64,000 nt of DNA, taken from assembly GCF_018977255.1 (NCBI RefSeq), contig NW_024704743.1:66900001-66964000 (forward strand), in the 5' to 3' direction. Of the stretch, positions 1 through 12,972 are shown piece by piece. The position numbers and the translations under genes were made by a program. This DNA comes from Callorhinchus milii (Eukaryota). Numbering within the stretch: position 1 is the first letter of the stretch; every line of letters starts with the position of its first letter. The notes beneath the pieces are model-generated. The model was not told the origin of the DNA. It searched no databases and worked only from the letters and a program-made list of their open reading frames with translations.

Positions 1-616
1 GCCAAACCACTAGCAACTGGTGTTGTTGTAGTGCCACATTGTCAAGGCAGGCAGCCTTGGTGATCTCCTTCTGCTGCAGTTATCTCCTTACAAGCTACAA
101 TGCTTTTATTCTACCGGAGTGTGTGCTCAGGAGATCAGCCAATCAATACAAGATGCTATCCTAGCTCAGCTTAATTTTGAAAATGTAATAAAAAAATCTT
201 TGCATAGTTCTAGGCTGTAAAATTCTTTAAAACAAATGCAAAAAGTCTGTGTTTCATACAGATAGACTAGATTGTCTGGCATGCTAATTGTTTCTACAAA
301 TAAAATAAATCTGTATATCACCTGGTTTGGAACCTTGCTAGTGTTGGTTTAAGATAATGCATTCTAATTTGTTTTCTGAATACAATGCCTCTTTTATAGG
401 TACACACACACACACACAGTCAAGAATGCTAAAAAGTTCAATATACAATTAAAGACAACATACATTATTTTTGCTCCCTCTCCCCCACTGTTCACAACAC
501 ATGTCAAAATGTACCTTTTTGACCTCACTTTTGGTCAGCCTTCCCCTCCCCTCTTGGCACAGCTGCCCAGCCAGCATTGTGAAACACTTTGGGACATCCT
601 TCTAACTTGAAAGGCA

Positions 617-935
617 TAATAATAGTAATAATCGTTGCATTTAATATAGCGCTTTTCACATCTTCTCGACGTCTCAAGGCGCTTCACAAAATAGACTGCA
701 AAGTGAATTGACCATATATTTGTGAGCGAAATGCAGCAGCCAGTTGCACACAGCAGTATTCCACAAACAGTCGTGGATTGAAAATGACCAATTTATTATT
801 GTTTTTTGTTTTTGGAGGGATTATTATCAGGCGTGTGGAGTAAGGAAACTTGCCCAAGGTTTTGCCCTGCCTGGAATTGAATCCAGGTGTCTCGCTTGCA
901 AGGCGAGTGCTCTAACCACTGAGCTACAGGACTCC
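617..935 (-). mobile_element. tRNA-derived SINE, short form (tRNA head, Deu-like body, L2-like tail with (ATT)n)
   Basis: The minus strand begins GGAGTCCTGTAGCTCAGTGGTTAGAGCACTCGCCTTGCAAGCGAG with A box and B box, continues through CCTTGGGCAAGTTTCC and CTGGCTGCTGCATTTCGC, and ends in AAGCGCTATATTAAATGCAA. Many copies occur in the window. Confidence 0.9.
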
Positions 936-1290
936 ACAAATATATATGTATTGTATTCAAAGATTATTATTATATTACAGCTGGAGATAGCTTCACACAC
1001 AATGTTCTTTCCCCCAGCATTCAGCCCCAAATTGCAAACTCTGTGCTGCTGATGTAGAGTTATATAAGCTGACAGCATGTGACTAAACTACATAGCTCAG
1101 GTAATTGACACAGTGTGGTGCTGGTAATTGTTTTGTTGGAAGCAACATCTTTGGGGACAAAAATATATCACTGCACAACTAAAAAAAATTATACTACTTT
1201 ATTTCAGTTCTGCCTTGTTTTGATAAAATGAACCAGTTTCAAAGTAATTAAACTTTCTGCTTCTCAACTGTCATAGCGTGGCAGTCTATT

Positions 1291-1635
1291 AACAACAAGA
1301 TTACATTCATATAGCACCTTTCACGTCAGGAGGACGTCACAAGGCGCTAGACAGAGTACAGCATTTCAGACCCAAGCTGGGGTTGGGAGGTTAAGGGAGG
1401 GGAGGGGAAGGGAGGTGGCCAATGGCATGGTCGAAGAGGAGGGTCTTGAGGCGGGACTTGAAGGAGGCTAAGGAGGGGTTGAGGCGGAGTGACTGGGGGA
1501 TGGAATTCCAGAGGTTGGGGGCAGAGTTGCTGAAGGCTCTCCCGCCAATGGTGGGGTGGGTGGGTCAGGGGACGTGGAGCAGGCCAGAGCCGGCTGAGCG
1601 GAGGGAGCGAGCGGGTTGGTAGGGGGTTAGGGGAT
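1291..1635 (-). mobile_element. L2 LINE 3' fragment
   Basis: (AAC)n tail plus atagcacctttcacgtcaggaggacgtc, followed by the purine-rich antisense of the L2 ORF2 C-terminus. Confidence 0.85.
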
Positions 1636-3839
1636 TAAATGCAATTATTACTACAACGTTCTGTAATATGTCATTCCTTTATGCGGTTGACTACTCATTG
1701 AAGATGTACTAAGGGTACTTTTTTATTTATGCAATGCGCTGTAAATTTCTTAACAATGCTGGGAATTGAAAGAGTCATTGATGTTGTAAGATCGTGAGAT
1801 ACGTACAAAACGTAATAAAATATAGGTGCTACTTATCTTGCTAATTAATATCCAACAGATAGGTTTCAAAAATGCCTCAGGATACAAACCTTGAGCCGAC
1901 TTGTTCCCTTCATTATTGCACAATCACAGGACTTTAATGATCTGACATGGTGGGGCACAGCAATGCAGATCCTGACAATTCACTTGAATCAAATGGGCAT
2001 CTTTGCCATTTAACCAACAAAATGTTCAGTAGAAACTAGCCTTTTATCAGGATTTTTGAGAAGGGAGGCAATTCGAGTGGTCTTGCTGCCTAAATTGGAA
2101 AAAAAAAGCAGTTAATTTTGTTTCAAGCTCCTTCGGTTAGGATGGGGTGTCTGACTTTGTTAAATTAGAAAAGATACAATTAACATACCAGAGTCAGTAC
2201 GATAGGGACTTCGCTGACCATACACAAGACAGAAGCCCACAGGAACCAGATAATGTTCTTCTAAAAATAGCTCCAACAAAAGAAATAAAGAGAAGTCTCA
2301 GAGGATCACAAAACCACTGAGAAAACTTTATTGTGGAGAAAAATTAAAGCTGATGAGTTAGTGCAGTTGAAAAGACAGCATTAACAAACTGGAAGTCACT
2401 GTGCTTATTGCAAGTCTGATTACACAAGTGAAATCATGCCAAATCTGATAGCAATCTCTCTAAAAAGATGCAAAATAAATCCAATGATCCTGATGCCTAG
2501 TAAAGGTCATTTTGCAACTGGTATTTACCTTCCCAAATCTGGATGGATTTTTCAGGCATTTTCTCAGCTGACAAAAGGCCTGAAATGAGGTTGCCAACAC
2601 AAGGCACAATCAAAATAGTTGTGATTGCAGCAACGTTTTGCTTTCGGGGCATTTCTGGGGTGACAAAGGATCTAAAAACTCAAAAGCAAAACAACCTCTG
2701 TCAGCCTTCAGCCTTCGATTGAGGTAGTTAAAATAATGAAAGGAATTGACAGGTTAGATAGTGGACAACCCTTCACTTTTTGAATACTGTCATGGAATCT
2801 TTAATATCCACCTGGACAGGTAGACAGGACCTCAGTTTAACATTAAATTATTTTTTCCAAACATACGTGGTACTCTTAGTAGTTTGTTTTCAAGACTGTT
2901 AAACCTGGAGATTGTAATTTAATCTCAAATTACAAATTTGATTTTAAATCAATAATCTGTGGCGAGACAAGCAGGTGAAAAGAATGAGCGAGGCAATCTT
3001 TCAAAGGTCTGTTTCAGACAGATATTTCAAAATGAGAAAAATGCAATTGGCATTTCATCTTCAGTTGTAGTGAAGAATCGAAAATAAAGCCATTCTGTTG
3101 TGTTGTTTTTTTAAACAAGCCCATTTTTTTAAATAAGTAATTCAGTCCACCTCAATCACCCTTTCTGCAATCTGTTCCAGTTCATCTGTCCCAGGGGATA
3201 TGTTAGTTTTAAGCCCCATTAGCTCAAACAATGTTTACTGTACATTGGGAAGTATATTTTAGTGTTGTCCCTGGTAAAAAAAACTTCCAGGAAGTAATCG
3301 CTTAATGTGCTTTTTATCTTCTGTTCATTCACTTTGCCAACAAAATACACAGTCAATCCAGTTTAGAGTATATCCTGTGAAGCGCTTTGAGACATCTCAA
3401 CGACACAAGAAGGCACTATATCAAATGCAAGGATCATTATTATTCTCTTCCCCCCCTCCACCCCTTTGAATTTCTTAAAGTTTTCACTTTCCCTGACTAC
3501 CCTCTTGGAAATTGTAATCTATATTAGATTGGTGAAGCCACATCTAACATTTGCTAACCATGGGCTATGTGTCAAAAGAGAAACCTATCGATCAGCAGTG
3601 GTAGATATTAAGGTATTACTATAGCTTCAGTATCCACTTCCTTGAATTAATTGTCATAGATCAACAGGACACGTTCACCAGGAGAGTGCAAGAGAAGACT
3701 ACACTAGGAGAAAGACACACTCAGCACTCTGACTCCTCCGATCAAGGTTAAGTCAGTTGCTGTACTCTGCCTTGATTAACCAAAACATAAACCATCCTTA
3801 GACATTATCGACTTATGACCCACGGAGGCAGAATGGAAT

Positions 3840-4400
3840 CTCAGCATTTTGTTTGACCCTCATACCTCCTTTAAACCTTTAATCCAGGTTACTACTTGCT
3901 CAGCTTTCCCTCACCCCTGCAATATTTCCCATCTCTGCCATTACTTCTCCTTCCAGGCTGCAAAGATAGTCATTCAAGCCTTCGTCATGTCTAGGCTTAC
4001 TTGTTCCAACTCCCTGCTCACCAGGTACCCTAGGTCTTCCTTACACAAGCTGAAAACCATCCAGAACTTAAAAACTTCCATCATGTCCTGCGACCCTATC
4101 ATCCCCATCCTCGCTTGACTCCACTGGATCCCCATTCACCAACGAATCAAATTCAAGATCAAGATCCTCGTCCATAAGTTCAATTCCATTGAATGTCCTA
4201 CCCCCACCTCTATGACCTATTGCAGCCCTACCACCCTGACCCCTCAGGAAACACCAGTCAGCTTCATGTCCCCTGCCTAATCCGCCTCAACATCGATGGG
4301 TGAGTTTTCAGATATTCTGCCTTGATTTCGGGAACTCCAACCCAGAGTCCCTCCCTCCCTGTCTTCGAACCCTGACTGCAGGGTTACAGGGGCTCACCAA
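3840..4400 (+). mobile_element. Degenerate L2 ORF2 C-terminal fragment
   Basis: Remnants of FDP..SF, AFVMSRL..SNSLL, LHW.P...RIKFKI motifs. Confidence 0.75.
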
Positions 4401-4425
4401 TTCCTGCCTCTCAGGGCCCAGCACC

Positions 4426-4960
4426 GCACACAGACACAGAGAGACACACACACTCACAGACACAGAGAGAGAGAGACACACACACTCACAGACAGAGAGA
4501 GAGACACACACACACTCACAGACACAGAGAGAGACACACACACTCACAGACACAGACACATTTTCAAAGAGACACACACACTCATAGACACAAAAAGGCA
4601 TACATAGACATAAACAGACAGAGACACACATACATATTCACACAGAGACACTCAAACACACACACAATTTGAAGAGACACACACAGATAAAACAGAGGAG
4701 AAATACACAAACACACTCAGATGGAGACACCCACAAACATACATATATAGAGAGAAAGACACACACTCAGACACACACATATACAGACAGAGGAAAGAGA
4801 CACACACACACACACACACATTCAACAACAACAAGATTGCATTTGTACAGCACCTTTCACATTGGGAGAACGTCCCAAGGTGCTCATAGACACACATAGA
4901 GAGAGAAAGAGACATACAGACACACTCACATAGACACTCACAAACACATAGAGAGAGAGA
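4426..4960. repeat. Compound (CA)n/(GA)n microsatellite, interrupted by an antisense L2 tail at ~4822-4885
   Basis: Directly visible cacacactcacagacacagagagaga units. These explain the HT- and CV-rich ORFs. Confidence 0.95.
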
Positions 4961-5199
4961 CCCAGCCAATCTCAACAGCAGGAACTCCAAATGGAGTTAA
5001 GCCCATTTTCCTCTTGCGCCCCACAGCCATGTTTGTCTGGAGCCACTCCACCCACAGTTGTATCGGATAAATAGGGGCAGAACACCGGGAACAGAAACTA
5101 TGTTTTACAGCGGGTTTATAGCGGAGGGTGTTGGTTATAGCAGATTCCACAGAAAAATTTCAGCCACACCTTTATATTGGCCCAGGCCACATGCAAAAA

Positions 5200-5570
5200 T
5201 TATATAAGCTAGGGCTCTTCATTCTCAAAAAGAGGCATCTCAGAAGGGATCTTCTAGTGAGATATGTATAAGACTTTAAATGGAATTAAGCAAGTAAACT
5301 CAGACAATACTTTAGGATACATAGATAGAGCAGAACAAAAAGACAGGTTTTTGGTTGCAAAGTGCAATTTCAGAACACATACCAAGAAGTATTCAATTAA
5401 CCAGAGGGTGGTTAACAACTGAACAGGTTACCAGATGGAGTGATTGAAGACAGGTCTTTGAATTCATTTAAAAAGCAGCTTGATTTGTGATGGAATGATG
5501 GTAGAGTAGGTAATTTTGATCAAATGAAATCTAATGGGCTGAAAGGCCTTCATTCAGGTGAACCTCTTGT
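5200..5570 (+). mobile_element. Old CR1 LINE 3' fragment
   Basis: Degenerate LGLF.L.KR.LR.DL...YK, QRVVN.WN.LP and F.KQLD motifs, followed by a CR1 3' UTR. Confidence 0.7.
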
Positions 5571-5959
5571 GATATCGTGAAAGTTTCCAAATGTTTTGAA
5601 TGAAGGACATCCAATGGTATCCACCTAGTGGTGGAAAAATCAGTATAAGATGAATTTCTCTTCATCAGCGCTGCATAGAAATTTCGTATTAATTTATGTT
5701 CAGAAGTTTCTTAAATCTTTGGAGTTGGAGTAAAACCTAATTACAAGCAATTCTGTAATCCTTCACATTGGTTCTTAATTACACAGTAAAACATGTCATT
5801 GTTTTCTATGCATTTTTGCACCTAGTTAGCATAAGTTGCAAATTCGACCCAATTTATCACAAGGCCATTTGTTATTTGCAGTTTTGTCATAAATTAGCCT
5901 AGGAATATCTTTGTTCAGTCAATGTATTTTTACTCATAAATGTTTATCTGTTCCCTGAC

Positions 5960-8900
5960 CAGGATAACTTTTTCCATCTTCACCACATTGCCCGCCTCCA
6001 TCCATACCTCACTACCTAAACCCTCATCCACGCCTTTACAATTCCTGCTGGACCATTCTAATGTCCTTCTCGCTGGTCTCCCCAGCTCCACCACACACAA
6101 AATACAATTAAACCATAAGACATAGGAGCAGGAGTAGGCCATTCAGCCCCTCGAGCCTGCCCCGCCATTTAATAAGATCATGGCTGATCTTCTAACCTCA
6201 TTCCATTTACCTGCGCTATTCCCATATCCCTTAATCCCTCTATCCTTTAGAAATCTAACAACCTTAGTCTTGAATATGTTCAAGGACTGAGCATCCACAT
6301 CCTTCTGGGGTAGACAATTCCACAAATGCACTATCCTCTGAGTGAAGAAATGTTTCCTCAACTCAGTTCGAAAAGGCTGACCCTTAATCTTGAGACTGTG
6401 ACCCCTAGTTTTAGATTCTCCAACCAGGGAAAACAGTCTCACTGCATCTACCCTGTCAAGACCCTTAAGAATCTTATGGTTTCTATAAGATCATCTCTAT
6501 AAGATCATCTCTAATTCTTCTATATTCTAGAGATTATAGGCCTAGTTTACTCAACCTATCCTTATAAGGCGAGTATGTCCTTTTTTAAATAAGGAGATCA
6601 AAACTGCAGACAATATTCTAGGTGCAGTCTCACCAAGGCTTATATAACTGTAGCAAGACTTCCCTACTCTTGTACTCTAACCCTTTTGCAACGAACTCCA
6701 ACATGGCATTAGCCTTCCTAGTTGCTTGCTGTACCTGCATACTAACTTTTTTGTGACTGGTATACAAGGACACCCAAATCCCTCTGAACACTAACACTAC
6801 CTAGTCTCTCCCCCTCTAGAAAATAATCCACTTTTCTATTTTTACTACCTAGGTGAATAACTTCACACTTCCCTATGTTATTCTCCATCTGCCACCTTCT
6901 TCTCACCTAGCCGGTCTATTTCCCTTTGCATTGTTTGTGTGTCATCCTCACAGCTTTACTCTCCCACCTATCTTCATATCGTTTGCAAATTTAGATATGT
7001 TAAGTTCTATTTCCTCATCTAAATCATTGATATAGACTGTAAATAATTGAGGCTCAAGCACTGATCCTTGTGGCATTCCGCTAGTCACATCCTGCCAATC
7101 TGAGAAGGACCCATTTATTCCTACTCTCTGTTTCCTTCCTGTTAGCCACTCTCCAATCCATGTTAATGTATTACCTTTAATTACATGGGCTCTAATCTTA
7201 TGCAACAGCCTTTTATGTGGCACCTTGTCGAATGCCTTCTGGAAATCCAAATACACCACATCTACTGGTTCCCCCCTATAGTTACATCCTCAAAAAGCTT
7301 TGTTAAACATGATTTCCCTTTCATAAAGCCATGTTGAACTCTGCCTAATCATGTTATGATTTTCTAAGTACGCCACAACGACGTCCCTAATTAAGGACTC
7401 TAGAATTTTCACTACCACCGATGTCAGACTAACTGGTCTATAGTTCCCCATTTTTTGTCTCCTACCCTTCTTAAATAGCAGCGTTACGTTTGAGACCTTC
7501 CAATCAATGGGAACCATTCCAGAAAGCAGGGAATTTTGAAAGATCAAAAACAAAGCATCCACTATCTCTGCAGCCACCTCCTTTAAAACCCTAGGATGCA
7601 GGCCATCAGGTCCAGGGGATTTATCGGTTAATCCTATCAATTTCTCTAGTACTATTGCTTTACTGATGTTCATTTCTTTAAGTTCCTCATTTCATTAGCC
7701 TCCAGGTTCTCCTCTATTTTCGATAAGTTTTCAGTGTCCTCTAACGTAAAGACAGAAGCAAAATATTTGTTTAATGACTCTGCCATTTCTTTATTCTCCA
7801 TTATAATTTCTCCTGTCTCTGCCTGCAATGGACCCACATTCACTTTTGATAGTCTCTTCCTCTTTATGTACTTTAAAAACTCTTACAATCTGTCTTTATG
7901 TTCCTCGCTACTTTACCCTCACATGTTCTCCCTCTTAATCAGTTTTTGGGTTTTCCTTTGCTGATCTCTAAAGCCCTCCCAATCCTCAGGTTTACTGCTC
8001 TTTTTGGCAGTATTACAGGCCTTTTCTTTTAATTTTATATTTTCCCTAACTTCTCTAGTTAACCAAGGTTGAACCACTTTTCCTGTGGTATTTTTATTTT
8101 TCAAGGGAATATGTGATCGCTGGGAATTATGTATTATATCTTTAAACGTTTGCCATTGCTGGTCTACCGTCATATTTTTTAATCTAATTTCCCAGTCTAT
8201 TTTAGCCCAAACTTTTCTTATACCTGCAAAGTTGGCTTTATTTAGATTTAAGACCCCTGCTTCGTATTCAACTATATGACTCTCTAACTTAATGTTAAAT
8301 TCCATCATGTTATGGTCACTCTGCCCTTGAGGAGCCTTAACTTTCAGATTGCTGATTAGCCCCAATTACATTACACAAAACAAGATCCAGGATAACCTGC
8401 TCCCTGGTTGGTTCCTCAGCAAACTGTTCTAGAAAATTATTTCTAAAGCATTCTATAAACTCATCCTCTAATTTACTTTTGCCAATTTGGTTTTCCCAGT
8501 CTATATGAAGAATAAAATCAGCCACTGTTAGTGTATTCCCCTTGCTACATACTCCTCTAATTTCCTGATTAATACCCTGCCCAATACTGTAACTGCTGTT
8601 TGGGGGTCTATAAACTACTCCCTCTAGTGTTTTCTGCCCCTTGTTGTTTCTTACCTCCACCCATACTGACTATACATCCCAATTTTCTGATTTTAAATCC
8701 TTCCTCTACTGTTTCATCTCATCCTTTACTAGCAGGGCTACCCTCCCACCTCATTTTCCACATTGCCTAGCTTTCCTATTCGTCGATACCCCAGAATGTT
8801 TAGCTCCCACCCTTGGTCTCCCTGTAACTACGTCTCAGTAATAGCCACTAATCGTACCCATTTATTTCTAGTTGTGCACTTAATTTGTCTATCTTGTTAC

Positions 8901-9560
8901 GAATGCTTCGTGCATTCAGATATAGCCCCATTAATTTTGACTTCTTACTGTTTCCCCTGCTCGTTAATGCCCTATTTAATTAATTAATTAAAACTCCGCC
9001 GATGCATACTCACCCGCACAAAACTGTGTACCCCGTCACACCAGTCCTTGACAGGGTCCACTGTCACCCAATTATTGAACAGATCGATTTCAAGATCCTC
9101 TCGCTCGTTTTCAAATCCCTTCATGCCCTCGCACCTCCCTACCATCTGACCTGTTTACAATACAATACAAAGTTACATTTGTATAGTGCTTTTCACATGG
9201 GAAGGACGTCCCAAGGCGCTGGACAATGCGGGATTTGGACCCCCCACTCAACCACCCCGCTACCTCTGCTTGGCTGGCTCCGGCCTCCTGTTTGTCCCTC
9301 GTGCCCTCAGTTCCACCATCGGTGGCTGTACCTTCAGCCACTACACCCCAAAACACTGGAACTCTCTCCTTCAATCTCTCTGCCTTGCCCCCTCCCTCCC
9401 CACCTTCAAATCCCGCTTAAAGACGTTCCATTTTGATCATGTTTATGGCCCCCTCCCACCTCCCTTTCCCCCGGCTCGTTGTCAGATTCCGTCACTGTGA
9501 AGCACTTTGGGATGCTACTCCGCATGAAGGGCACTATATAAATTCAAGTTGTTGTTGTTG
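5960..9560 (+). mobile_element. L2 3' fragment split by the CR1 (pieces ~5960-6111 and ~8986-9560) and by a small antisense L2 tail (~9157-9240)
   Basis: HSNVLLAGLPSSTTHKIQL stops at the CR1 tail and resumes as aaactccgcc (NSA) after it. It ends in gaagggcactatataaattcaagttgttgttg. Confidence 0.85.
6112..8975 (-). mobile_element. CR1 LINE, 5'-truncated, disrupted ORF2 (endonuclease C-part plus RT), inserted into an L2 fragment
   Basis: ORF pieces include GVVYRPPNSS, SDHNM, KSPGPDGLHPRVLKE, NYRPVSLTSVV, YLDFQKAFDKVPH, PQGSVL, SKFAND and TRGHSLKI..FFTQRIV. Shark-type 3' end (ccataagacataggagcaggagtaggccattcagcccctcgagcc). Multiple frameshifts. Confidence 0.95.
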
Positions 9561-10100
9561 TTTTCGTAGGTCATGCTATTTTTAAATTCCAAGGTGCAAC
9601 AAATTGGGACATCCTCCCGACATGAAAGGCACTGTATAAATGTAAATTTGTATTTCATCATTTTATTTCCAGCCCCCTTGCTAGTCGTCCAGCTAGACAA
9701 CACAGCAAAAAATAACTCTGACATAAACGTTTTTGTGTCTTTAATTATGTGATCTAGAGACTTTAGACAAAGGGACTTCTTTAATACGCATTGTTGTTTT
9801 CAGAGGTCAGAAGAAAAGCTGAATAAAAAGGATAACAATCCTTTTTCTTGTAACCTATCACAATGCAGTGATAACACACCAAATATCACACTTTGTATAA
9901 AATGCTGGTCTTTTTCACCTATTTTTTCACTCAGATACTAATCTGGGAAATGACCTTTATATTTACACTGTCGACATAGTGTTTTGAAATAGCCAAGACA
10001 TACTTCCTGTGACACATTTATCATAAAGTTTGAAAATCATCAGTGACGAGACTGACAGTACCTGAATGTCAATGTGCAAATCTGTCTCATATTATTTTTA

Positions 10101-10129
10101 AATCAATCAATCAATCAATCAATCAATCA
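10101..10129. repeat. (AATC)n tetranucleotide microsatellite
   Basis: aatc repeated about 7 times. Confidence 0.95.
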
Positions 10130-10905
10130 GCTAACCAATAAACAAACATCAGCTATGCCAAATATAATAGTGATTGTTAAACTTTGTAAATTGAGCATAA
10201 GTTGTAGTATGTGAGAAAGTACTAAATTCAGATGTCGACACTGGATGGATGGACTATAGGGACTTCAAAAGCATTAAATGAGTCATGTTTAATGACTCAT
10301 TTTTTTTTACTGTAAGCATGATAACAGTATCCTCTTGGAGTCATTATGATTGATATAATAATTAAATTACTTCCAGTTTGATAAAAATGTCTCCCAGCAA
10401 ATGAAACAAAATAGGAAGTAGAGTACCACAACAGAGGCAATGGATTCATAACTCAGTGGTCAATGATCTGAAATATCATCTTCTGTGAGCACTTTTGCAG
10501 ACAGTAACTGGGGTCTATTTATCTGGACCAGCCAAAAAGATTGCAATAGTCTCTTCCAGTTCTTTCCATTCTCATATTCCTTTTGCTTTGGAAGGGAAGG
10601 GAGGCAGCTGCTGCTTTCATCACATTAGTAATGGGGTTTAATTTACGATATCCACAAACAGGACTTGAAGTACTAATTTACACTTCCATTTGCCATTTTA
10701 TTGCAAGCATCCTCCAGAAGTGCAGAGACAATGTCAAAACAATTCAGGTTTGAAATATGACAGGACCTCCAAATTGGGCGACCCACTTTGTGGCTCTGTG
10801 GAAGTTCAATGAAAAAGGGGCATGAGAATAATTTTGTTCCCTGTACTGTCTATTCTGCCTTTTCTTAAATTTATCCTTTAAACAAAACTTTTGAAGTAGC
10901 TCAAC

Positions 10906-12152
10906 TGACAGGTAAGATTCAAGAGAAACCTTTTTGATGTTTATGAAAGGAAGTTTCCCTGGCTGTTATAGTACACATATCGTTTTGTTGTACAAAGGGG
11001 TCTCAAACCATAGCTTCTTGGCAAAGCTTTGCATGAGTTTCTTATGGGATTTTCTCTCTGCCTGAGGTTGTTAATACTTGTTGAAGACAATTAAGGAATA
11101 AGCACTCCGGAACGCTACGCCACCTGAAGGGTACTATATAAATGTGCTTTGTTGTTGTTGTTGAGTGTCAGTATTTGAATGGACAATTAGATGTTAGGTT
11201 ATTTAGGCTAGGTCTCATATCACAGCACAATATATTGCACAATAGATTTGTTCATGAATGGACCGAATGGTCAGTTTCCTTGCCATAAAACTCTATAAAT
11301 GGAAATGGAAGCTATTCAAATATCGTTTTGCCCACAAAATATTCAGTAAATTCACCTTACAGTATTTTATGTGAAGCGCTTTGCGACGTCTCGAAGATGT
11401 TATAAGGCACTACATCAAATGCAAGGATTATTATTATTATCAATAAGCAGTATTTTGAAATAACTGCTGCACTTGTTTGTAAGGGACCTCCTTTTACCGA
11501 TACATTTTTGAAGGCTGTAGAAATTAAAGCTATTTGGCCAATCAAGACTATGCTTGAGCTAGCTTCCCCACTGGAACATCAACTTTAATCCCATCTCCTA
11601 TACCATTTCATATGGTTTCTTTTCCAATACTTATCCAATTATCTTTAAATGGATTGAGAGGTATTTTAGAGTCTGAACTCTTCAAATGAATTGTCGTTCC
11701 CATGGTTGTTCCTGTTAAAGTAATTAGATAAGCAGCGCAATCCGAAACTTCAAACTCACAGCTGTAAAAATGGCTGTTTGCATTTGGAAAGATGGTTTTG
11801 GAAACAAGCATCCTTACATATGAGCATAGGAATGCACACGACCAGAAAAAAAACATTACAGTTTGTCTGGAAGGACCCATAACAAATGCAATGCCAAGAG
11901 GCCTGCCCATCAATGTGGAGGAGATGCAGTTTTGAAGATTAATGTAACAGGGCTGGACGGATCTCTGATAATCATTCGTGAAAGATCTGCCACTGCAGGG
12001 AGAGAAAACCCCATCAGAAACTCATGCAAAACTTTGCCAAGAAGCTAAGGTTTGAGACCCCTTTGTACAACAAAACGATATGTATACTATAACAGCCAGG
12101 GAAACTTCCTTTCATAGACATCAAAAAGGTTTCTCTTGAATCTTACCTGTCA
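10906..12152. repeat. Inverted repeat with 153-bp arms (10906-11058 and 12000-12152) and a 941-bp spacer
   Basis: Manual alignment of arm 1 with the reverse complement of arm 2 is ungapped with 6 mismatches. Confidence 0.95.
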
Positions 12153-12574
12153 CTTGCAAATAGGGACATTTCCTTTCATAGATTGCATGTATATGGAGCT
12201 CTGTCTGGTATAGATACTCTTGCGTGATGATGATTTTCTGCATGTGTCAGACACCTTTTTTTTTGGTCAGCTGGGTTTCTGACACAGTGGTCAAACAGCT
12301 GGCTGATTAAAAACAAACGCATTGGAGAAAACTTGTAACACTGGCTACAATTTCCAAACTAAAATCCAAGGCTTTTTAGTGGTGTAAACATGTACTGTAT
12401 ATTCCTCTGACATTTCAGATCCAAAGTGAATTTACCCAGCCAAACAGCTGCACCATGCTTTTCTCCAGGGATATACCTTTCCCATTCTCCACACGCACAC
12501 ACATTGTATCCCCAGAGGAGCCCCTCCACCAGTAATCTGCAACCACTCATTCTATTGAGGTTTAATTTAAGTGT

Positions 12575-12972
12575 CAGTGTACCTCGGTTGTCACCTCAGA
12601 GTCAGAAGGTCATGGATTCAAGTCCCACATTGGGACTTTGAGCTTATGATCTAAGATTATACCGCAGTGCAATGCAGAGTGCTGCATTGTTAGAGATACT
12701 ATTTTTTTAATTAGATGTTAAACTGAGATCTCGTCTGCCTGTTTAAGTGTATGTTAAGGATCCCATTGGCAGTCGTATCCTGGCCAACAACACCCCTGAT
12801 AAAATTCCTCATTCACTTCATGGCTGCTTGAGTGACATTGCTGTCTACAATTTGGCTGCCATGTTTGCTTACAAATACAGTCACAGTACCTTACAGCATA
12901 TTCCTGTGAAGTGTTTTGAGATGTTTCCACATCACGATAAGGCACTGCATTATTAAATACAAGGATTAATAT
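12575..12972 (+). mobile_element. Older DeuSINE (SacSINE1-like) copy
   Basis: tRNA-like head cacctcagagtcagaaggtcatggattcaagtcccac, Deu-type body (gtgctgcattgttagag...gatgttaaactgag...aatttggctgccatgtttgc) and L2-like tail. Similar decayed copies lie at ~13600-13970, 25560-25748, 37570-37725, 45910-46175, 48240-48600, 50635-50985, 56620-56915 and 60410-60730. Confidence 0.8.

Noticed and set aside
860..935. tRNA gene (TGC anticodon-like); also at 34678 and 57516
   Set aside because: These are SINE heads: each runs directly into the SINE body with no proper acceptor-stem closure or Pol III terminator.
4300..4990. HT-rich and CV-rich ORFs
   Set aside because: Translations of the CA/GA microsatellite.
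5000..5210. Acceptor-like ttttcctcttgcgccccacag followed by an open frame
   Set aside because: No recognisable protein, no good donor and no partner exons.
12147..12240. Possible minus-strand exon ending at CAG|GTAAGA
   Set aside because: The would-be exon overlaps a decayed copy of the poly(A)-ended repeat, and the peptide resembles nothing I recognise.
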